Assembly: GCA_965140415.1 (NCBI GenBank)
Contig: OZ223209.1
Coordinates: 2,816,001-2,880,000, forward strand
DNA: 64,000 nucleotides
DNA from: Myxococcota bacterium
Lineage (GTDB): Bacteria; Myxococcota_A; SURF-8
Direction of reading: 5' to 3'
Shown: piece by piece, positions 61,013 to 64,000 of the stretch
Numbering within the stretch: the stretch's first letter is position 1
Layout of the letters: the number at the start of each line of letters is the position of its first letter
The notes under the pieces: model-generated
Databases searched by the model: none
What the model was told of the DNA's origin: nothing
Seen by the model: the letters and a program-made list of their open reading frames with translations, nothing else
Position numbers and translations under genes: made by a program

Positions 61013-62215
61013 ATGACCACTGGAAAGAGCATGTCTGATTGGACGGGGCATAGAATGATTCTGCATGTCGATATGGATGCGTTTTTCGCAGCCATCGAAA
61101 TGCGGGACGATCCCACGTTGAAGGGAAAGCCGGTGATTATCGGTGCCATGCCGGGGATGCGTGGGGTTGTTTCGACTTGCTCATACGAGGCGCGCAAGTT
61201 TGGAGTTCATTCCGCCATGCCAATATCCGAGGCATATCGGAGATGCCCCAACGGCGTTTATTTGCGACCGGATATGAAGCGCTACAGTACTGCATCGAAA
61301 AAGGTGATGCGTGCTTTGCAAGATGTTTCTCCCATAGTTGAACCCGTTTCTGTGGATGAGGCTTACATGGATATCAGTGGCTTGGAGCGCCTCTGGGGTG
61401 GGCCGGAGAAAATCGGTCGGCGGGTGAAAGAGGCAATATGGGAAGCCACGAAATTGTCCGCTTCTGTAGGGATAGGACCGAATCGGCTTGTTGCCAAAAT
61501 CGCATCGGATTTTAATAAACCGGATGGGTTGACCATCATTGCTCCGACAAAAGTTCTTGAGTTTTTATTGCCGTTGGAAATTTCTCGTTTACGAGGCGTG
61601 GGAAAAGTATTCCAACGTAAAATGCGTGACCAGGGAATTCTGACCATTCGGGACTTGCACAGGTATACAGAGGAGCAACTTGTGCAACGATTCGGTCTGG
61701 CGGCGGGTAGGATGTTGTACCGGCAGGCACGAGGAATTGCGTCTGACATTGTGGGGCAGAGCAGTGGACGGAAATCGATATCGAAGGAAACCACTTTCAA
61801 TGAGGATGTTACAGACCTCGCACTGTTGCGAAAAACTTTACGAATGCAATCCGAACAAGTTGGCAGTTCATGTCGGCGAAAACAACTGAAAGGTCGCTGT
61901 ATCACTTTGAAAATTCGTTTAACAGGCTTTGAAACTCATACATGTAGCCTCACTCTTGCCGACTGCACGGATCAGGACAAGAACATTTTTTCCGTTGCTT
62001 GGAAATTATATGAAAACAGTGATTACAAGGGGAAAGCGGTGCGTTTGATCGGTGTTGGAATTTCAGATTGGAGCACCCAACAGCAATTAGACCTATTCGC
62101 ATCGAAAGCTCAGCAGGAGAGTACAGTCACAAATATCAAAGATGAAATTCGAATGCGCTTCGGTTCGCATGTGGTCGGTTTTAGAGCGAAAAAAGAAAAA
62201 CCACGATCAAAATAA
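61013..62215 (+). CDS. dinB: DNA polymerase IV
   Basis: HVDMDAFFA, SYEAR, SVDEAY and AKIASD..KPDG. Confidence 0.96.
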   Translation: MTTGKSMSDWTGHRMILHVDMDAFFAAIEMRDDPTLKGKPVIIGAMPGMRGVVSTCSYEARKFGVHSAMPISEAYRRCPNGVYLRPDMKRYSTASKKVMRALQDVSPIVEPVSVDEAYMDISGLERLWGGPEKIGRRVKEAIWEATKLSASVGIGPNRLVAKIASDFNKPDGLTIIAPTKVLEFLLPLEISRLRGVGKVFQRKMRDQGILTIRDLHRYTEEQLVQRFGLAAGRMLYRQARGIASDIVGQSSGRKSISKETTFNEDVTDLALLRKTLRMQSEQVGSSCRRKQLKGRCITLKIRLTGFETHTCSLTLADCTDQDKNIFSVAWKLYENSDYKGKAVRLIGVGISDWSTQQQLDLFASKAQQESTVTNIKDEIRMRFGSHVVGFRAKKEKPRSK

Positions 62216-62248
62216 GACCGTGGTTTTAAAGTGATTTGCTGCTTTTGC

Positions 62249-63394
62249 CTACACCATTCGTTCCGGTTTTGTGGAGGAATATTCTCGTTTATTCGACGAG
62301 AATATGCGATATCCCCAATCCAGTCGCACGAATGCGATCAGCAAAGATAAAAGGATTATCAGTATCGCTGCGGTGAGCGTTGGGCTGTGAACGTCACGGA
62401 AAAAGATTTTTCCTTCACCTACGGCTGGAGTCGTAATGGGCATAAGTGGCAATCCGTAGCGTTCAGCCAGTCGATTGATTTTCGTCATGTGAATGACGGG
62501 TATGCCTTCGTAGATAAATCGAGTCATTACCGAATCGATGATCGAAGCGCCTCTTGGGGCGGTGCGGTTCAGACCGGGATGGAACATCAACTTGCCGACT
62601 TTCGTACCGACTGAAGTCGTGCCTCCGCCGACATTGATATACACCTTGTAGTCGCCTTGACCGGCATGCAATCTATAAAGTGACATTCTCTGCTCAACAC
62701 TATCGGCATAATCTTTGACTGACAATGAGGGAAGACCGCTACGCTCGATTACGCCGTCCAACATTTTACGGGCGTCTTTGGTCAAACCCAATGCTCGGTC
62801 GTCGATACCTCCTCGAGAGAGAGCAACCGATCTTGAGGGAAACACACGCTTCTCTACCAACACTCGTTCCATATCCGGCCACATCATGTCCGGTAGGTTC
62901 GCGCCCCATTGTGAAGAGCCTGCACTGGAAATCGTAACCGGTTTCAGTTCCAACACCTGGACTGCCGCCAACACAGCGATATTGATGGCGGGAAAGGAGC
63001 CGGACATTCCTATGGCCACTTTGTCGCCGGGCTCTACTCCAGCTCGCTTCAGCAGATGTACAACTACTGCTGCGAAATTAGGATTGGCTGAAGTTTGTTT
63101 TGAGGGAAGGTGCCCAGGATTAGTTGTGACTGGCGAAAGCAGTTCTCCGATGATTCCTGAAAGTGCCGGGTCGGATTCTGCGTCAATGCGATGACCGATA
63201 CGAATTCGTTCTTTCTTGATCGTTTCAAATGCGTCTCTGGTTAGCTGAGCGGCTTTGATCTTTTCCGTATAAAACGGCTGTTTTTCGCGCACACTGTAAG
63301 TTTCGACCGCAATTAATCCTGCAATTGAAAGTAGGGCAACCAAAGAAAGCAGACGCAAGGAAATGCGCTGGGGGCGCCAGTAGAGCTTTTTCAT
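62249..63394 (-). CDS. pgsW: Poly-gamma-glutamate system protein
   Basis: TT..G.L.SK..NPNFAA, SGSFP, SSQWGAN and YINVGG; directly downstream of pgsC. Confidence 0.85.
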   Translation of the reverse strand: MKKLYWRPQRISLRLLSLVALLSIAGLIAVETYSVREKQPFYTEKIKAAQLTRDAFETIKKERIRIGHRIDAESDPALSGIIGELLSPVTTNPGHLPSKQTSANPNFAAVVVHLLKRAGVEPGDKVAIGMSGSFPAINIAVLAAVQVLELKPVTISSAGSSQWGANLPDMMWPDMERVLVEKRVFPSRSVALSRGGIDDRALGLTKDARKMLDGVIERSGLPSLSVKDYADSVEQRMSLYRLHAGQGDYKVYINVGGGTTSVGTKVGKLMFHPGLNRTAPRGASIIDSVMTRFIYEGIPVIHMTKINRLAERYGLPLMPITTPAVGEGKIFFRDVHSPTLTAAILIILLSLLIAFVRLDWGYRIFSSNKREYSSTKPERMV

Positions 63395-63837
63395 GACAGC
63401 ACCTCCGGCCCCACGATCAGAATGAGAATGAGACGCACGATAACCGAAACGATGGTCAAAGATGCCAGTGTTTGGACTACGCCTTGTTTGTCCATCCAGA
63501 GGGCAATCAGTCCTGGAATAATAAATCCGATGACATAGTAATCAAGCATGGCTACACCGCGCCAATTGCTGACCAGCATGCCGATGATATAGCCAACCAA
63601 GATCATCAAAGCCGTGCGGCGTCTTCCGTAGATGATCATGAAGGAAGAAAGCGCCCGGACAAAACCGAAGGTTGCAAAGGCGACTGCCAGAGTGATTGCA
63701 ATATCCGCCGGCTTGGTGAGATACAAAGCCATGTAGCCAGGAACGATCAAGCCGCCAGTTGCTATTCCAAAGACTTCCGTAAAGAGCATCCCGACAACCA
63801 AGCCGATTCCAACCGCCATCGAAAGAAGTTCGATCAT
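63391..63837 (-). CDS. pgsC: Poly-gamma-glutamate biosynthesis protein PgsC/CapC
   Basis: GGLIVPGYMAL, YGRRR and IGFIIPGLIA; 148 aa from ATG 63837. Confidence 0.93.
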   Translation of the reverse strand: MIELLSMAVGIGLVVGMLFTEVFGIATGGLIVPGYMALYLTKPADIAITLAVAFATFGFVRALSSFMIIYGRRRTALMILVGYIIGMLVSNWRGVAMLDYYVIGFIIPGLIALWMDKQGVVQTLASLTIVSVIVRLILILIVGPEVLS

Positions 63838-64000
63838 CACTGTTCCTCCGGAACACTTCGATTCTTGAAATAGCGCACCAACTTCAATCCTTGCCCGCCA
63901 ATATTTCCCATTCCAACAATCAGGGTGGTTTTTCCGCACACTTCTAAAACTTGCTCAAGAATATCGTCCATTCTTTCGCTATCTACGTGTATCAGCTTCT
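63837..64000 (-). CDS. pgsB: Poly-gamma-glutamate synthase PgsB/CapB, C-terminal fragment
   Basis: Not in the ORF track. Manual translation gives ...LIVGMGNIGGQGLKLVRYFKNRSVPEEQ*, with a TGATG overlap into pgsC. Confidence 0.8.
   Translation of the reverse strand, partial: KLIHVDSERMDDILEQVLEVCGKTTLIVGMGNIGGQGLKLVRYFKNRSVPEEQ

Noticed and set aside
61013-62215. dinB as part of an imuABC cassette or mobile element
   Set aside because: It is stand-alone, with no imuA/dnaE2, integrase or transposase nearby.

Overview
This looks like a bacterial chromosome segment of about 50% GC with Deltaproteobacteria/Myxococcota-like gene content; the taxonomy is inferred. In order, it carries: (1) an ArgR-boxed arginine operon (ORF-argC-argD-argB-argE-argR) led by a DUF1611/DgcN-like P-loop protein, with no argA/argJ visible in the window; (2) transporters and housekeeping genes (queF, thrS, rph-rdgB, glpK, thiolase, dinB); (3) a roughly 16-kb anaerobic redox island with a QmoAB/HdrA-like + CCG-domain Fe-S trio, a PAS histidine kinase/receiver pair, an Orange-protein (ORP) locus, two Cys-PAS sigma54 activators, a Crp/Fnr regulator and two -24/-12 promoters; (4) nine predicted lipoproteins sharing acidic DGD linkers or repeats fused to diverse payloads; (5) LPS glycosyltransferases and the 3' end of a pgsB-pgsC-pgsW locus. 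A structured, terminator-capped intergenic RNA candidate lies at about 22.95-23.18 kb. No tRNA, rRNA, CRISPR array or mobile element was recognised. All family calls come from motif recognition by eye, not database searches.
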